From a virus, in the IMG/VR virus record IMGVR_UViG_3300004481_000271, positions 44,942 to 108,941 of that record: a stretch of DNA of 64,000 bases, one strand, 5' to 3'. The translations under genes and the position numbers were made by a program. Shown here in pieces: positions 37,176 to 46,386 of the stretch; position 1 is the first letter of the stretch; each line of letters opens with the position of its first letter. The notes beneath the pieces were generated by a model that was not told where the DNA came from, did not search any database, and saw only the letters and a program-made list of their open reading frames with translations.

Positions 37176-37856
37176 CTACCGCGGGAGATAGAGCTCGCGG
37201 AGCTCGGCCCGGTCCGAGTCGGTGAGGCGGCCGGCGGGGAGCTCGCTCTCCTCGGCAGAGAGCGTCCGCCGGTTCATCAGCGAGCCCGTCCAGTCGTCGT
37301 GGGCAAGCCCGGCGGCGTGACCGAGCTCGTGAAGGAGAACGCGGAAGAGCGTCGCGTCGTCGGGGACGTTCCGGACGACAACCGTCGCGGCAGTCGCCCG
37401 GCCGTCCCCTCGAAGCCGATGTCGGCACTCCCCGGGAGGGTCGCCGAGCTCGGCGGCGGCCCCAAGAACGAGGGAGACGTCGACGACCCCTTCGCGCCCC
37501 CGGTCGAGGGTGAAGAGCTCGAAGCCGACCTGGGAGTTGAAGTCGGCGACGGCGGCCTCGACGACTCGAAGCTCCTCGGCCGGCGGCGTCCCGTTCTCGC
37601 CCTCTCCATGAAAGACCCGGACGGCGAGCGGGACAGCCTCCCGCGGCCAGCGGAGCTCGAGAGCGTCCGCACAAGTCGCCGGCTCCTCGCCCTCGAGGTC
37701 GTCGACGTAGACCGCCCGGTCGCCGATCCGGCAGATCCGCAGGAGCCCCGGCTCGTCGTGCGTCGTGACCCCGTAGACGATGAGAACCGCGGCGGCGACC
37801 CCGATCGTCAGGAAGACGACAACCCCGACGACCCATCCGACCCAGCGGCGTTGCAT
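37176..37856 (-). CDS. Membrane-anchored matrixin-like zinc metallopeptidase (metzincin)
   Basis: N-terminal TM; HELGHAAGLAH plus SLM Met-turn; ATG 37856 after GGAGG. Confidence 0.85.
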   Translation of the reverse strand: MQRRWVGWVVGVVVFLTIGVAAAVLIVYGVTTHDEPGLLRICRIGDRAVYVDDLEGEEPATCADALELRWPREAVPLAVRVFHGEGENGTPPAEELRVVEAAVADFNSQVGFELFTLDRGREGVVDVSLVLGAAAELGDPPGECRHRLRGDGRATAATVVVRNVPDDATLFRVLLHELGHAAGLAHDDWTGSLMNRRTLSAEESELPAGRLTDSDRAELRELYLPR

Positions 37857-38194
37857 GATTCGCCCTCCTCCTCCTCGCAAGACTGCCCAGCGAGAGCGGC
37901 AGCCCTCGCCTTCGCGGCGATCTTCGCGAGCTCCTCGGGACCCCCGACCGCGTCGGCGAGCTTCGCGAGCTTCGCTTGAAGCTCGGCGTTCGCCTTCTCG
38001 GCGGCGTCGGCGAGCCCCTGGGCAAAGCGGATCGCCTGGGCGGGGTTCAAGACAACGTGGTCGAGCATCCGTCCGAAGCGGACGGCGACTTGACCCGGAG
38101 CGGTCCCGATGTTGATGTCGATCGACCGCGACGGCGCCGACGGCGCAGCCTTCCCGTTCCGCGGCCGCTTCCCTGGCTTCCTTGGCTTCTTCAC
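37808..38194 (-). CDS. Hypothetical protein
   Basis: GTG overlapping upstream stop; coding-like codons. Confidence 0.6.
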   Translation of the reverse strand: MKKPRKPGKRPRNGKAAPSAPSRSIDINIGTAPGQVAVRFGRMLDHVVLNPAQAIRFAQGLADAAEKANAELQAKLAKLADAVGGPEELAKIAAKARAAALAGQSCEEEEGESCNAAGSDGSSGLSSS

Positions 38195-38472
38195 CCCGAG
38201 CTCCTTCCCCTTGGAACCTCTTCGAGCGTCGGCTCGTCGCCTCGACCGGCGGTCTCTTCCTCCTCCTCGACGACGACCTCCGGCTCCGGCCGGACGTAGC
38301 GGGCTCGGACGGCGGCCTCGCACCGGTCGGAGCACGCATCGAACCGCCCCCAGCCGAGAACCTCGACGAACCGCCAGGGCGGCGGAAGGACGACGACCCT
38401 CTCCGGACGATCGACCGGGATCGCCCTGGGGCAGGCGTCGCAAACGATCCGAGATTCCGTCCGGTCGACCAT
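38191..38472 (-). CDS. Small putative zinc-finger protein
   Basis: CDAC...CSDRC. Confidence 0.6.
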   Translation of the reverse strand: MVDRTESRIVCDACPRAIPVDRPERVVVLPPPWRFVEVLGWGRFDACSDRCEAAVRARYVRPEPEVVVEEEEETAGRGDEPTLEEVPRGRSSG

Positions 38473-38506
38473 GGCGCCTCGAGTCTACTCTCCGACCGCG
38501 GTCGAT

Positions 38507-40108
38507 CTAAACCCCGATGATCTTCGCGCCCCCTCGCCCCGAGCTCCGACGAGCTCTTCGGTCTCGACGGGCGGAGTAGAGGCGGGCGGCCTCCCGGGCG
38601 ATCCACGACGCCATGAGGCGGTCGCCCGTATGTGTCCCGGGGTCGTAGGACACCATCTCAGCGATCCATTCCCCGACCTGGGAACCGACGGCGCGAGTCC
38701 CCGCCTCGCACGGGATCGCCCACTTCCCGACGGCGAGCTCGGCGGCGAGAGACTCGACCCCATACTCGGCAGAGAGCTTGTTTCGTCCGGTCGTGAAGGA
38801 ACGGACGCGGAGACCCGGAGCCCGTTCCCGGACCCACTGAAGGAGGAAGTCCTGGGCGGCGTTGTTCTCGACGATGACGATCGATCGGAACCGCTCGTGA
38901 ACGGAGACGACCCGGTCGATGATCTCGGGCCCGGCCCATCGGCCGGCCTGGACCTCGAGGACCTGGCGAACCTCGTCCGGCCGGACGAGGATCGTGAAGA
39001 GGGCGGTCAGGTCGGCCGACTCCTTCCTCGAGACGGCGAGGTCGACTCCGGTCACAACGAGAACCCCCTCGGGGAGCCCGCCGAGGCGGGCGACGGCGTC
39101 GGTGAAGTTGAGCTCCTCGGCGAGCTCGGGGAGCTTCTCGGGGATCTCCTCGAGGCTCCGGATCGTCGGGAGCCCCTCACCGTTCGCGAGGCACGTCTCG
39201 ATCCACTCCCGCTTGAACCGTGCGGACTCCTCGTCGCGGGGTTGGCATAGCATCTGGCGAGCGAACTCGATCGGTCCGAGGATCTCGTTCCGCGTTCGCT
39301 CGATCCGCTCGAGGTTCCATCGCTCCGGCCAGAGCGGGACACCGTCGGCGTTGACGACGGGATACCGCTTCGCCCACCACCCCGACCGCTCGAGAGAATG
39401 CGCCATGTCGTCCGGGTGCCAGGCGTTCGATAGGAAGACGACCCAAGCGCCCTCGGCGAGCCGCGGGAAGGCGGAGGCGCGGATCCATTCCTCCGTCTTC
39501 TCCCGCTGGTACTTCGTCCGGGTGTTGATCTCCGTCAAGACGTCGTCGATCACGAGCCCGTCAAGGCGGGCGCCTTGGATCGTTCCGCCCTCCGGAGAGT
39601 AGGCTTGAACCGACGGGTCCTTGATTCCGTGCGGCCGCTCGATCTCGATCGCGTTGTCCGTCCAGAGGGTCCCCTTCCTGAGTCCGGGGAAGACGTCTCG
39701 GACGACCCGGTTCTCGATGATGTGCCCCTGGATCGCTCGGATGATCTTCTTCGCCTGCCCCTGAGTCGCGGAAAGGATCGCGTATCGACGCCGGACGTCC
39801 TGGCCAAGAAGCCAGAGGATGCGGACGATCGCGAGCTGTTGGGTCTTCCCCGACTCCGGGAACGTCCAGATCACCGCGAGGAGGTTCTCCTCGATCGTGT
39901 CGTGCCATTCGACTTGGAAATCTTGAACCTCGATCGGGTGTCCGGTCTCCTCTTCGCGAAGGACGAGCTCGCAGAACGTCGGGCAGTCGTGACGCGCGAG
40001 CTCGACGAGGGACGCATAGGCGAGCCTCGCGGTGTCAACGAGCGGACTCGCCTCGACCCGCCGATGGAGGAACCGAAGATCCGCCGTCTTATCTCCGGAG
40101 AAGGTCAT
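38507..40108 (-). CDS. terL: Terminase large subunit
   Basis: Q motif, Walker A PESGKT, Walker B LVIDD, nuclease TGVDLA...D, ENNAAQ, HTGDRLMA. Confidence 0.95.
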   Translation of the reverse strand: MTFSGDKTADLRFLHRRVEASPLVDTARLAYASLVELARHDCPTFCELVLREEETGHPIEVQDFQVEWHDTIEENLLAVIWTFPESGKTQQLAIVRILWLLGQDVRRRYAILSATQGQAKKIIRAIQGHIIENRVVRDVFPGLRKGTLWTDNAIEIERPHGIKDPSVQAYSPEGGTIQGARLDGLVIDDVLTEINTRTKYQREKTEEWIRASAFPRLAEGAWVVFLSNAWHPDDMAHSLERSGWWAKRYPVVNADGVPLWPERWNLERIERTRNEILGPIEFARQMLCQPRDEESARFKREWIETCLANGEGLPTIRSLEEIPEKLPELAEELNFTDAVARLGGLPEGVLVVTGVDLAVSRKESADLTALFTILVRPDEVRQVLEVQAGRWAGPEIIDRVVSVHERFRSIVIVENNAAQDFLLQWVRERAPGLRVRSFTTGRNKLSAEYGVESLAAELAVGKWAIPCEAGTRAVGSQVGEWIAEMVSYDPGTHTGDRLMASWIAREAARLYSARRDRRARRSSGRGGAKIIGV

Positions 40109-40442
40109 CGACGATCATCCTATCAGACCCGAGCCGCCATGCTGCAAGGTCGGCCTCGCCCTCGGGGCCGACTCGCCGAACGAGGAGCTCGGAGAAGTCC
40201 GGATCGCCCCCCCATCGGGCGAAGCCGAGCTCGGCGAGGACCGCCCGGACGAAACCGACGAGGACCTCGAGGCGGGCGGCGGCGTCGCCCTCGACGAGGA
40301 TCTCCCCGATGAAGACGGTCGCCCCATCGTGTCGCTCGTATCGCCCGACCTTCCCGCCGACGATCTGGGGCCAGCGGCGGCGAAGCTCGGCGAAGGCACT
40401 CCCCACCCCAGGCTCGAGGTCGCCGTGCCCGAGCTTCGTCAT
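40089..40442 (-). CDS. Hypothetical protein with C-terminal WRLG motif
   Basis: ELLVRRVGPEGEADLAAWRLG; ATGA coupling. Confidence 0.65.
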   Translation of the reverse strand: MTKLGHGDLEPGVGSAFAELRRRWPQIVGGKVGRYERHDGATVFIGEILVEGDAAARLEVLVGFVRAVLAELGFARWGGDPDFSELLVRRVGPEGEADLAAWRLGSDRMIVDDLLRR

Positions 40443-40948
40443 GCTCCGCCGAGCCGCCATGATGCCTCGAGGAGGTCGCCCTCGGCGCCCCGCGGCCGGA
40501 CGAGGACCTCGAGGTCGGCCCGGACAAGGTGACCCAAGGCAACGAGCTCGCCCCGGACCCGCTCGCCGAGCTCGTCGAGGTCGACCCCGACGGCGGTCTC
40601 GAGGACGGCGACCGGCCGACCGACGGCGCGTCCGCCTCGGATGACGGCGGCGATCCCTCCGATCGGCTCGCCCTCGACGCGGACCTCGACGACCCCCTCG
40701 AGCTCGCCGAGGACATCGGCGATCGGACGGGAGGTGTCGACCCAGCGTCCCGAGCTCCGGACGAGCTCTCGGCGGTCGGCGCCGTGGACCGGAGCGTCGA
40801 GGACGACGAGCCGGTCACCGTCCCGGAGGTCCGAGCTCGCGGCGGGCGTCGGGAGCTCCTCACCGTCCGGCCAGACGAAGTCACGCCCTTCGCCCTCGAG
40901 GAGGAGCCGACCGTTCAGGTAGACGAGCTCGGTCCGTCTTCGGGTCAT
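40439..40948 (-). CDS. Hypothetical protein with C-terminal WRLGG motif
   Basis: EVLVRPRGAEGDLLEASWRLGG; ATGA coupling. Confidence 0.65.
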   Translation of the reverse strand: MTRRRTELVYLNGRLLLEGEGRDFVWPDGEELPTPAASSDLRDGDRLVVLDAPVHGADRRELVRSSGRWVDTSRPIADVLGELEGVVEVRVEGEPIGGIAAVIRGGRAVGRPVAVLETAVGVDLDELGERVRGELVALGHLVRADLEVLVRPRGAEGDLLEASWRLGGA

Positions 40949-41220
40949 CGGTCGCCCTCCTCGAGGACCTCGGCAACGAGGACCTCGCGGTCGACCCGGA
41001 AGGTCCTCGAGACCCCGACGACCTGGGAACCCCCGGCCGGCGGCCGGTCGCCCTCGGAGGCGAGGACGACCCGGACGACCCCGCCTCCCCGACCTCCGAC
41101 CTCGCGGACGAGGACCTCGAGCTCGACGCCTCCGACGAGGAGGACCTCGAGGAGCCCCTTCACGGCAGCCCTGGGGGTCTCCGCCTCGAGGAGGTAGGTC
41201 GCCTCGACCTGGGTCTTCAT
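40945..41220 (-). CDS. Hypothetical protein
   Basis: Coupled to both neighbours. Confidence 0.6.
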   Translation of the reverse strand: MKTQVEATYLLEAETPRAAVKGLLEVLLVGGVELEVLVREVGGRGGGVVRVVLASEGDRPPAGGSQVVGVSRTFRVDREVLVAEVLEEGDR

Positions 41221-41612
41221 CGACCGCCCCCAAGTCGCCAGGCGGCCTCGAGGGCGTCGCCCTCGGGGCCCGGCGGGCGGACGAGAACCTCGAGGGCGAT
41301 CCCGACGGAGAGGAGCCCTCCGAGGGAGCGGCGGACGGTCTCCTCGACGGCGACGCGGAGCTCGTCCGACGGCGAAGCGGCCTCGACGAGGACCGCGATG
41401 GTCCCGCCTCCCCGAACGGCGCCGGTCACGCGGTAGACCCCGGGGACGGCCCGAGCTCGAGCCTCGAGGTCCTCGAGGGTCGGCGACCGGAGGTCCTCGC
41501 GGAGGACGCGGGCGACGCGGGCGGCGAGGAAGTCCGCCGGCTCCCCCGGCCCGGGGACGAGCCCGACGAGGGCGGCGGAGCGGCGGAGGGACGCGAGGGC
41601 CTTCGGCTTCAT
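41217..41612 (-). CDS. Hypothetical protein with C-terminal WRLGG motif
   Basis: EVLVRPPGPEGDALEAAWRLGG. Confidence 0.65.
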   Translation of the reverse strand: MKPKALASLRRSAALVGLVPGPGEPADFLAARVARVLREDLRSPTLEDLEARARAVPGVYRVTGAVRGGGTIAVLVEAASPSDELRVAVEETVRRSLGGLLSVGIALEVLVRPPGPEGDALEAAWRLGGGR

Positions 41613-41723
41613 CGCCTTCGTTACTACTCGATCGCGATGGAGGCGGCCAGAAGCCCCCAGGACGCCCCGGAGGGCGGGGGGCTCGGAGGTAGGGGAGAAG
41701 CCGGGGCGGACGTCCTGGGCGGA

Positions 41724-42437
41724 CTAGGCGGCGAGGAAGCGGGAGATCTGGGTCGGAGCGAACCGGCGCCCGTTCCGGGAAACGAGCCCGCGGGTCTCGA
41801 GCTCCTCGGCGGTCGCCCGGTAGGAAAGCCCAGCGGCGCGGAGCTCGCGGGCGACGCGGACGACCTCGAGCTCCTCGGGGACCTCGACGAGGGTCTTCCC
41901 ATCGGCGGCGAGGCGGTAGCCGTAGGGGACGGAGCCGACGAGCTCGCCCCGAGCCTTCTTCACCGCGAGGGCGGCCTTCGTCCGGGAGCGGATCATCGCC
42001 CGCTCATACTCGGCGAAGGCGTCAACGAGCCGGCGGAGGAGGAGCCCGGAGGGGTCGTCGGCGTCGCCGTCGGTCCCCTCGCCGGCGGCGGAGACGACCC
42101 GGGCACCGGAGCGGGCGGCGAGCCGCTCGGTCATCGCGGCCTCGACGACGTCGCGGGCGAGGCGGTCCCGCTTCGCGACGAGGAGGACGTTCGCCTCGAG
42201 GTCGACAACGGCGCCGAGGGCGGCGAGGAGCCCCGGGCGGTCGGCGGCGGGGGTCGCCCCGGAGACCCCGAGGTCCTCGAAGACGGCGACGAGCTCGGCG
42301 CCGTGGGCGGCCGCCCAAGCCTCGAGGGCGGCCCGCTGGGCGTCCGGCCCGAGGTTCTGGTCCTCGGTTGAAACCCGGATGTAGCCGACGACGACGGCGG
42401 CGGCGAGGGTCTTGACGGCGGCGTTGACGGTCTTCAT
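41724..42437 (-). CDS. Serine recombinase (resolvase/invertase catalytic domain plus short recombinase-type DNA-binding domain)
   Basis: GYIRVSTEDQ, D.GVSG, RPGL, DRLAR, AEYER..I..RT, PYGY. Confidence 0.93.
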   Translation of the reverse strand: MKTVNAAVKTLAAAVVVGYIRVSTEDQNLGPDAQRAALEAWAAAHGAELVAVFEDLGVSGATPAADRPGLLAALGAVVDLEANVLLVAKRDRLARDVVEAAMTERLAARSGARVVSAAGEGTDGDADDPSGLLLRRLVDAFAEYERAMIRSRTKAALAVKKARGELVGSVPYGYRLAADGKTLVEVPEELEVVRVARELRAAGLSYRATAEELETRGLVSRNGRRFAPTQISRFLAA

Positions 42438-42456
42438 TGTCCTTCCCCTTCCCTTC

Positions 42457-42666
42457 TTACTCGGCCTCGACGGCGGCGGCGGCGGCGGTCATCGCGAGGC
42501 AGGCGGCGATCGCGTCGTCCCCGTAGAGGACCCCGGTCTTCGCGACGGTGAAGGCGAGGTCGGCGGGGACGCCGGCGGTGACGAGCTCGAGGGCGGCGAT
42601 CGCGTCGTCGCTGAAGAGGAGGTTGTCGTCGGTGATCGTCAGGGTCTCGGTCGTCGTCTCGGTCAT
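42457..42666 (-). CDS. Small acidic protein with internal duplication
   Basis: LLFSDDAIAA / VLYGDDAIAA repeat; first gene after promoter copy 1. Confidence 0.65.
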   Translation of the reverse strand: MTETTTETLTITDDNLLFSDDAIAALELVTAGVPADLAFTVAKTGVLYGDDAIAACLAMTAAAAAVEAE

Positions 42667-42690
42667 CGTGTCCTCCGTCCTCATGTCTCT

Positions 42691-42752
42691 GTTATACGGT
42701 CCCGCCGGGGACCGGTCAAGAGAAAAACGACATCGGGGCGAAAAAAAGATCT
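42691..42752 (-). promoter_or_regulatory. Repeated sigma70-type promoter, copy 1
   Basis: TTGACC-17-TATAAC with upstream T-tracts. Confidence 0.85.
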
Positions 42753-42777
42753 CCGAGGGGGTCTTCTCGGCCGGAGC

Positions 42778-42993
42778 CTACTCGTCGCCGGCGTCCGGGT
42801 CCTCGGACCCGTCGCCGATCCCCTCGTTCGCGAGCTCCGCCTCGAAAGCGGCGCGGCACTCGGGGCACATGCCGTGCGTGATGACGAGCCCCGGAGTCGG
42901 CTCGCCCTCGACCCAAGACCCGCCCCGAAGGAAGCGGCCGCACCATGAACACCGCTTCTCGAGGTCGTCGTCCTGGTAGGACGGGATCGTCAT
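42778..42993 (-). CDS. Small zinc-finger protein
   Basis: CSWC...THGMCPEC. Confidence 0.7.
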   Translation of the reverse strand: MTIPSYQDDDLEKRCSWCGRFLRGGSWVEGEPTPGLVITHGMCPECRAAFEAELANEGIGDGSEDPDAGDE

Positions 42994-43039
42994 CGGCCGT
43001 TCCCTCCGGCCCCCCGAAGGGGGCCCGTTGTCCTCGTCT

Positions 43040-43369
43040 CTACCGCCCCCTCGGTCCGCGGCGGATAGCGGGGACGATCCCATATCCGATGTCGCGGGCG
43101 TCGATGACGGTCGAAGCGATGTAGCCGTCGTCGAGGAGCTCGTCGAGGACGGCGTCGAAGCCGTCAACGTCGATACCCCAATGGGCGGCGACGGTCGCGA
43201 GGTAGGCTTCAGTCGGCTCGGCAGTCGCGACCGTCGTCTCGTTCAAGACGCGAGTCCGAAACCAGGCGGCCAAGTCGGCGGCCCCAGTGGAGACCCCGGC
43301 GGCCTCGAGCTCGGCGCGGCGGCGGGCGGCGGCGGCATTGTGTCGGGCTTCCTTCGTCGTCGTGGTCAT
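43040..43369 (-). CDS. Hypothetical early protein
   Basis: MTTTTK start after GGGAG, downstream of promoter copy 2. Confidence 0.65.
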   Translation of the reverse strand: MTTTTKEARHNAAAARRRAELEAAGVSTGAADLAAWFRTRVLNETTVATAEPTEAYLATVAAHWGIDVDGFDAVLDELLDDGYIASTVIDARDIGYGIVPAIRRGPRGR

Positions 43370-43393
43370 CGTGTTCTCCCTTGCCATGATTCT

Positions 43394-43454
43394 GTTATCA
43401 CATACCCAAGGAGACCGGTCAAGAGAAAAACGACATCGGGGCGAAAAAAGATCT
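43394..43454 (-). promoter_or_regulatory. Repeated sigma70-type promoter, copy 2
   Basis: TTGACC-17-GATAAC with the same upstream block. Confidence 0.8.
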
Positions 43455-43670
43455 CCCGGGCAGTCTCCCCGCCGAGGAGCTCTGCCGGAGGAGCCCGAGA
43501 AGCCCCCCCAGGACTGCCCGGAAGCTCGAGACTGGGAGGAGAGGTCGGACGGCGAGCTCGAGAAGCTCCTCGAGGCGGTGAGCACCTTGGGTGCCCCCCT
43601 GAAACGACAAAGCCCTCGAGCCGGAGCTCGAGGGCGTCGAAGACGACGGCCGGCCGGAGCCGGCCCCGGA

Positions 43671-44087
43671 CTAGAGGCTCGCCTCGAGCTTCCTCGCCTC
43701 GAGCTCGCACCGCTTCGAGCCCTCGAAGTCCCCGAGGCGGGCGAGGTCGACCGCGACCCGGCGACATTCGGCGACCCGGGGGTCGCTCTGGACGTTCGCC
43801 CGAAGGGTATCGGTGGCGAGCCGGCGGATCATCCCCGCCATCTTCGCGACGGCCTCGGGGGACGAGTCCCGGACGTGGCTCCAATCCCAGAGCATGTCGA
43901 GGACCGCCGCGGTCTTCGGCCCGCGGAGGGAGCCGAAGCCGTCCCCGAGCTCGCGGACGCGAACCTGGGTCCGCGCGGGGAGCGCGATCTCGCTCGAGTA
44001 GTGAAGGGCGGCGACGACGATCTTCCAGTCGTCGACGATCGCGAGAAGAGCGGAGGCAACGGCCACGGTCAGCGTCGAAGCGTTCAT
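43671..44087 (-). CDS. Hypothetical helical protein
   Basis: Coding-like codons, coupled to 44084-44269. Confidence 0.65.
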   Translation of the reverse strand: MNASTLTVAVASALLAIVDDWKIVVAALHYSSEIALPARTQVRVRELGDGFGSLRGPKTAAVLDMLWDWSHVRDSSPEAVAKMAGMIRRLATDTLRANVQSDPRVAECRRVAVDLARLGDFEGSKRCELEARKLEASL

Positions 44088-44269
44088 CGGAGACTCCCTT
44101 CCTCGCGGACGGCGAGGATAACGCGGGCGGTCTGGACGGCGCCGGTGAGCTCGACCGGGGTCGAGGTCCCGCCGACCGGCCAGAGGGCGACGAGGAGCGC
44201 GAGCTTCGCGGCAACGAGGAGCCCCCTCGTCGTCGTCCGCGTCCCCGTCCCGATTTCCGTCCGCCTCAT
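44084..44269 (-). CDS. Small hydrophobic protein
   Basis: ATG 6 nt after -10 of promoter copy 3. Confidence 0.45.
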   Translation of the reverse strand: MRRTEIGTGTRTTTRGLLVAAKLALLVALWPVGGTSTPVELTGAVQTARVILAVREEGSLR

Positions 44270-44275
44270 GCTTCT

Positions 44276-44401
44276 GTTATACGGACTCCCCGGAGACCGT
44301 GCAAGAGAAAAACGACACCGCCCGAAAAAAAGATCCCGACCGGGCGATCTCCCGTCGGCCCGGACGTCGCAATTCCCAGTGTTTTATCGGGTCAAGTCGA
44401 C
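44276..44401 (-). promoter_or_regulatory. Repeated promoter copy 3 plus 34-bp upstream box
   Basis: TTGCAC-17-TATAAC; box 44368-44401 identical to 50571-50604. Confidence 0.8.
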
Positions 44402-44425
44402 TTCGAGGTAGAAAGATCTCTTCCG

Positions 44426-44870
44426 CTACCGCCGCCCCGATCGAGGCGGCCACGGGACGAAGGAGTCGGCCTTCTCGAGGACCCCCGAGGCGGCAGCGAT
44501 GATGTAGGCGCGGGCGCCGGCGAAGAGGAGCCGGACGTCCCCGGCGAAGATCTCGACCCGCCCGAAGCGACCGAGGTCGAGAACCCCAGCCCAGGACCCG
44601 TCGGGGAGCCTACTCGCGACGAGGACCGCTTCGCCGGCGAAGCGGACGCGGAGCCCGTCCCGCTTCGGCGAGCCATGAAGCGAACCGACGGAGCTCCCGA
44701 GAAGGGTCGAGCCCTCGACCTTGCAGATCGGCGAGGCGGCGGAGCCGGCTCCGGACCCGTCCGACCGGCCGGCCGGAGACGCGGGAGATCTCCTCGGCGG
44801 AGACGACGAAGGTCGTCGACGTCGAGCTCGAGCCGTCGACCCGGAGGGCGACGACCGGCCCATTCGTCAC
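44426..44870 (-). pseudogene. Apparent frameshifted hypothetical gene
   Basis: Coding-like codon pattern switches from the 44610-44870 frame to the 44426 frame near 44720. Confidence 0.35.
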
Positions 44871-45085
44871 CGTCCGCCCCAGGCTCCCAACGTCGCCATG
44901 AAGAGGAGCGTCGAAGGGTCGCAAGCTACCGCGGCGGTCCCGCGGAGCTCCGCCTCGGAGGACCTTGTCGCCTCGCAATCGAGGCAGACGGGATCGCCCC
45001 CGAAGCGGGAGGAGACGATCGCGAACGTATCGGATGAAGCCCCGCAGTCGGAGCAAAGGACGAGACGAGACCGGTCGATCCCCAT
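44867..45085 (-). CDS. Small zinc-finger protein
   Basis: CSDC...CLDC. Confidence 0.6.
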   Translation of the reverse strand: MGIDRSRLVLCSDCGASSDTFAIVSSRFGGDPVCLDCEATRSSEAELRGTAAVACDPSTLLFMATLGAWGGR

Positions 45086-45096
45086 GGTCGAACCCC

Positions 45097-45657
45097 CTAG
45101 TCCCCGGAGCCGTCGGGCCCGGGGTCGGCGTAGGTTGGAACGAGACGAGCTTCGAGAACCCCGAGGGCGAGGAGCTTCGTGCGAAGGCAAGGTCGACACG
45201 TCTTCATGCCGGCGATCTCCTCGAGGTCGTCCGCGTTGATCGGCCCGCAAGCGGGGCATTCCCAATGCGTCCCGATCTGGCGAGCCCCCGGCGTCCGCTC
45301 GTTCGGTGCGAATCGCTCGAGGATCGTCCGGCATTCGTCCGCGAAGGACAAGACCCCGGCGTTCTCGGCGCGGCCCCGGAGCTCCCGAAGTGCGCGGACG
45401 AGATCACGACGGGAGCGAGAGATCTCCCTCGCCACCTTCGCGATCTGGTCGCGGTCGGCGGCGAGCTCCTTCGTCCTGGCGACGGTCCGATCGTGGCGCC
45501 CCTCGAGGTCGACCGCGGAGCGAACGATCCCCTCGAGCTCGGCGACGACATCGTCGAGCCCGCATTTGCAACCCTCGCCCTCGAAGCATCGGGACTCGTG
45601 CTCGGAGTGACCTCGGAGCGCAACGACGAGCTCCGGCAGTCGACCGAGCCCGGTCAT
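45097..45657 (-). CDS. Coiled-coil protein with C-terminal zinc ribbon
   Basis: CPAC...CRPC. Confidence 0.65.
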   Translation of the reverse strand: MTGLGRLPELVVALRGHSEHESRCFEGEGCKCGLDDVVAELEGIVRSAVDLEGRHDRTVARTKELAADRDQIAKVAREISRSRRDLVRALRELRGRAENAGVLSFADECRTILERFAPNERTPGARQIGTHWECPACGPINADDLEEIAGMKTCRPCLRTKLLALGVLEARLVPTYADPGPDGSGD

Positions 45658-45857
45658 CGACGCCAGCCCTTCTCGGTCGCAACGAGCTCGACGGCGGCGT
45701 CGGCGTCCACGGCATCGAAGCCAAGGTCGACGACGAAGAGCTCCCGGTCGAGAACGAGCTCGTCGAGGACGAAGGCCCCCCGAAAGTGCTGGACCATGGT
45801 CCGAAACTGGACCGAGTCCCTCGGGGCGTATCGTGCGACTTCCATCGCGGCACACAT
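45654..45857 (-). CDS. Hypothetical protein
   Basis: Coupled to downstream gene. Confidence 0.5.
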   Translation of the reverse strand: MCAAMEVARYAPRDSVQFRTMVQHFRGAFVLDELVLDRELFVVDLGFDAVDADAAVELVATEKGWRR

Positions 45858-45891
45858 GGAGATCTCCTCGTCGCGATCCTACCACGACAGA

Positions 45892-46386
45892 TCAGGAGGA
45901 TCTCCTCCGACGAGCTCGCCGGCCCCGCGGACGGGCAACCCCGAGGGTTGCAAGGGCGAGCGGGTCGAGCTCCTCCCAGCGGAAGCCGAGCTCGAGGACG
46001 GCGCGGACCTCGACCTGGCACATGGACGCGAAGACCGCGTCGGATGAGAAGGACCCGGGGGGAGGCGACGACCGAGTCGCCTCGAGGCGACGGACGGCGT
46101 CCTCGCCTTGCCAGGCGCGACGAGCCTCCGAGGCGATGTGCTCGGCGGCGTCCCGCGGGTCGTCGAAGTAGGGAAGCGGGCGAAGCTCCCCGAGAACGAG
46201 CCGGGCGTCGTAGGCGTCGCGCGGATAGACGCGGACGTGCCCCTTCCCGGAGTAGTAAGCGACAGTATGGAACCGCTCGACCGGCCACTCTTCCGCCCAG
46301 AGGATGATCACCGCGGGCGGTCGTGGGGACGGCTCGGCCGGCGGTCTCGGCGCCGGAGCTTCACGTCCTGGGGTTCGGTAGGTCAT
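45892..46386 (-). CDS. Hypothetical protein
   Basis: ATGA coupling, SD. Confidence 0.6.
   Translation of the reverse strand: MTYRTPGREAPAPRPPAEPSPRPPAVIILWAEEWPVERFHTVAYYSGKGHVRVYPRDAYDARLVLGELRPLPYFDDPRDAAEHIASEARRAWQGEDAVRRLEATRSSPPPGSFSSDAVFASMCQVEVRAVLELGFRWEELDPLALATLGVARPRGRRARRRRSS

Noticed and set aside
41724-42437. Prophage integrase marking an att boundary
   Set aside because: Too short for a large serine integrase; phage genes continue on both sides
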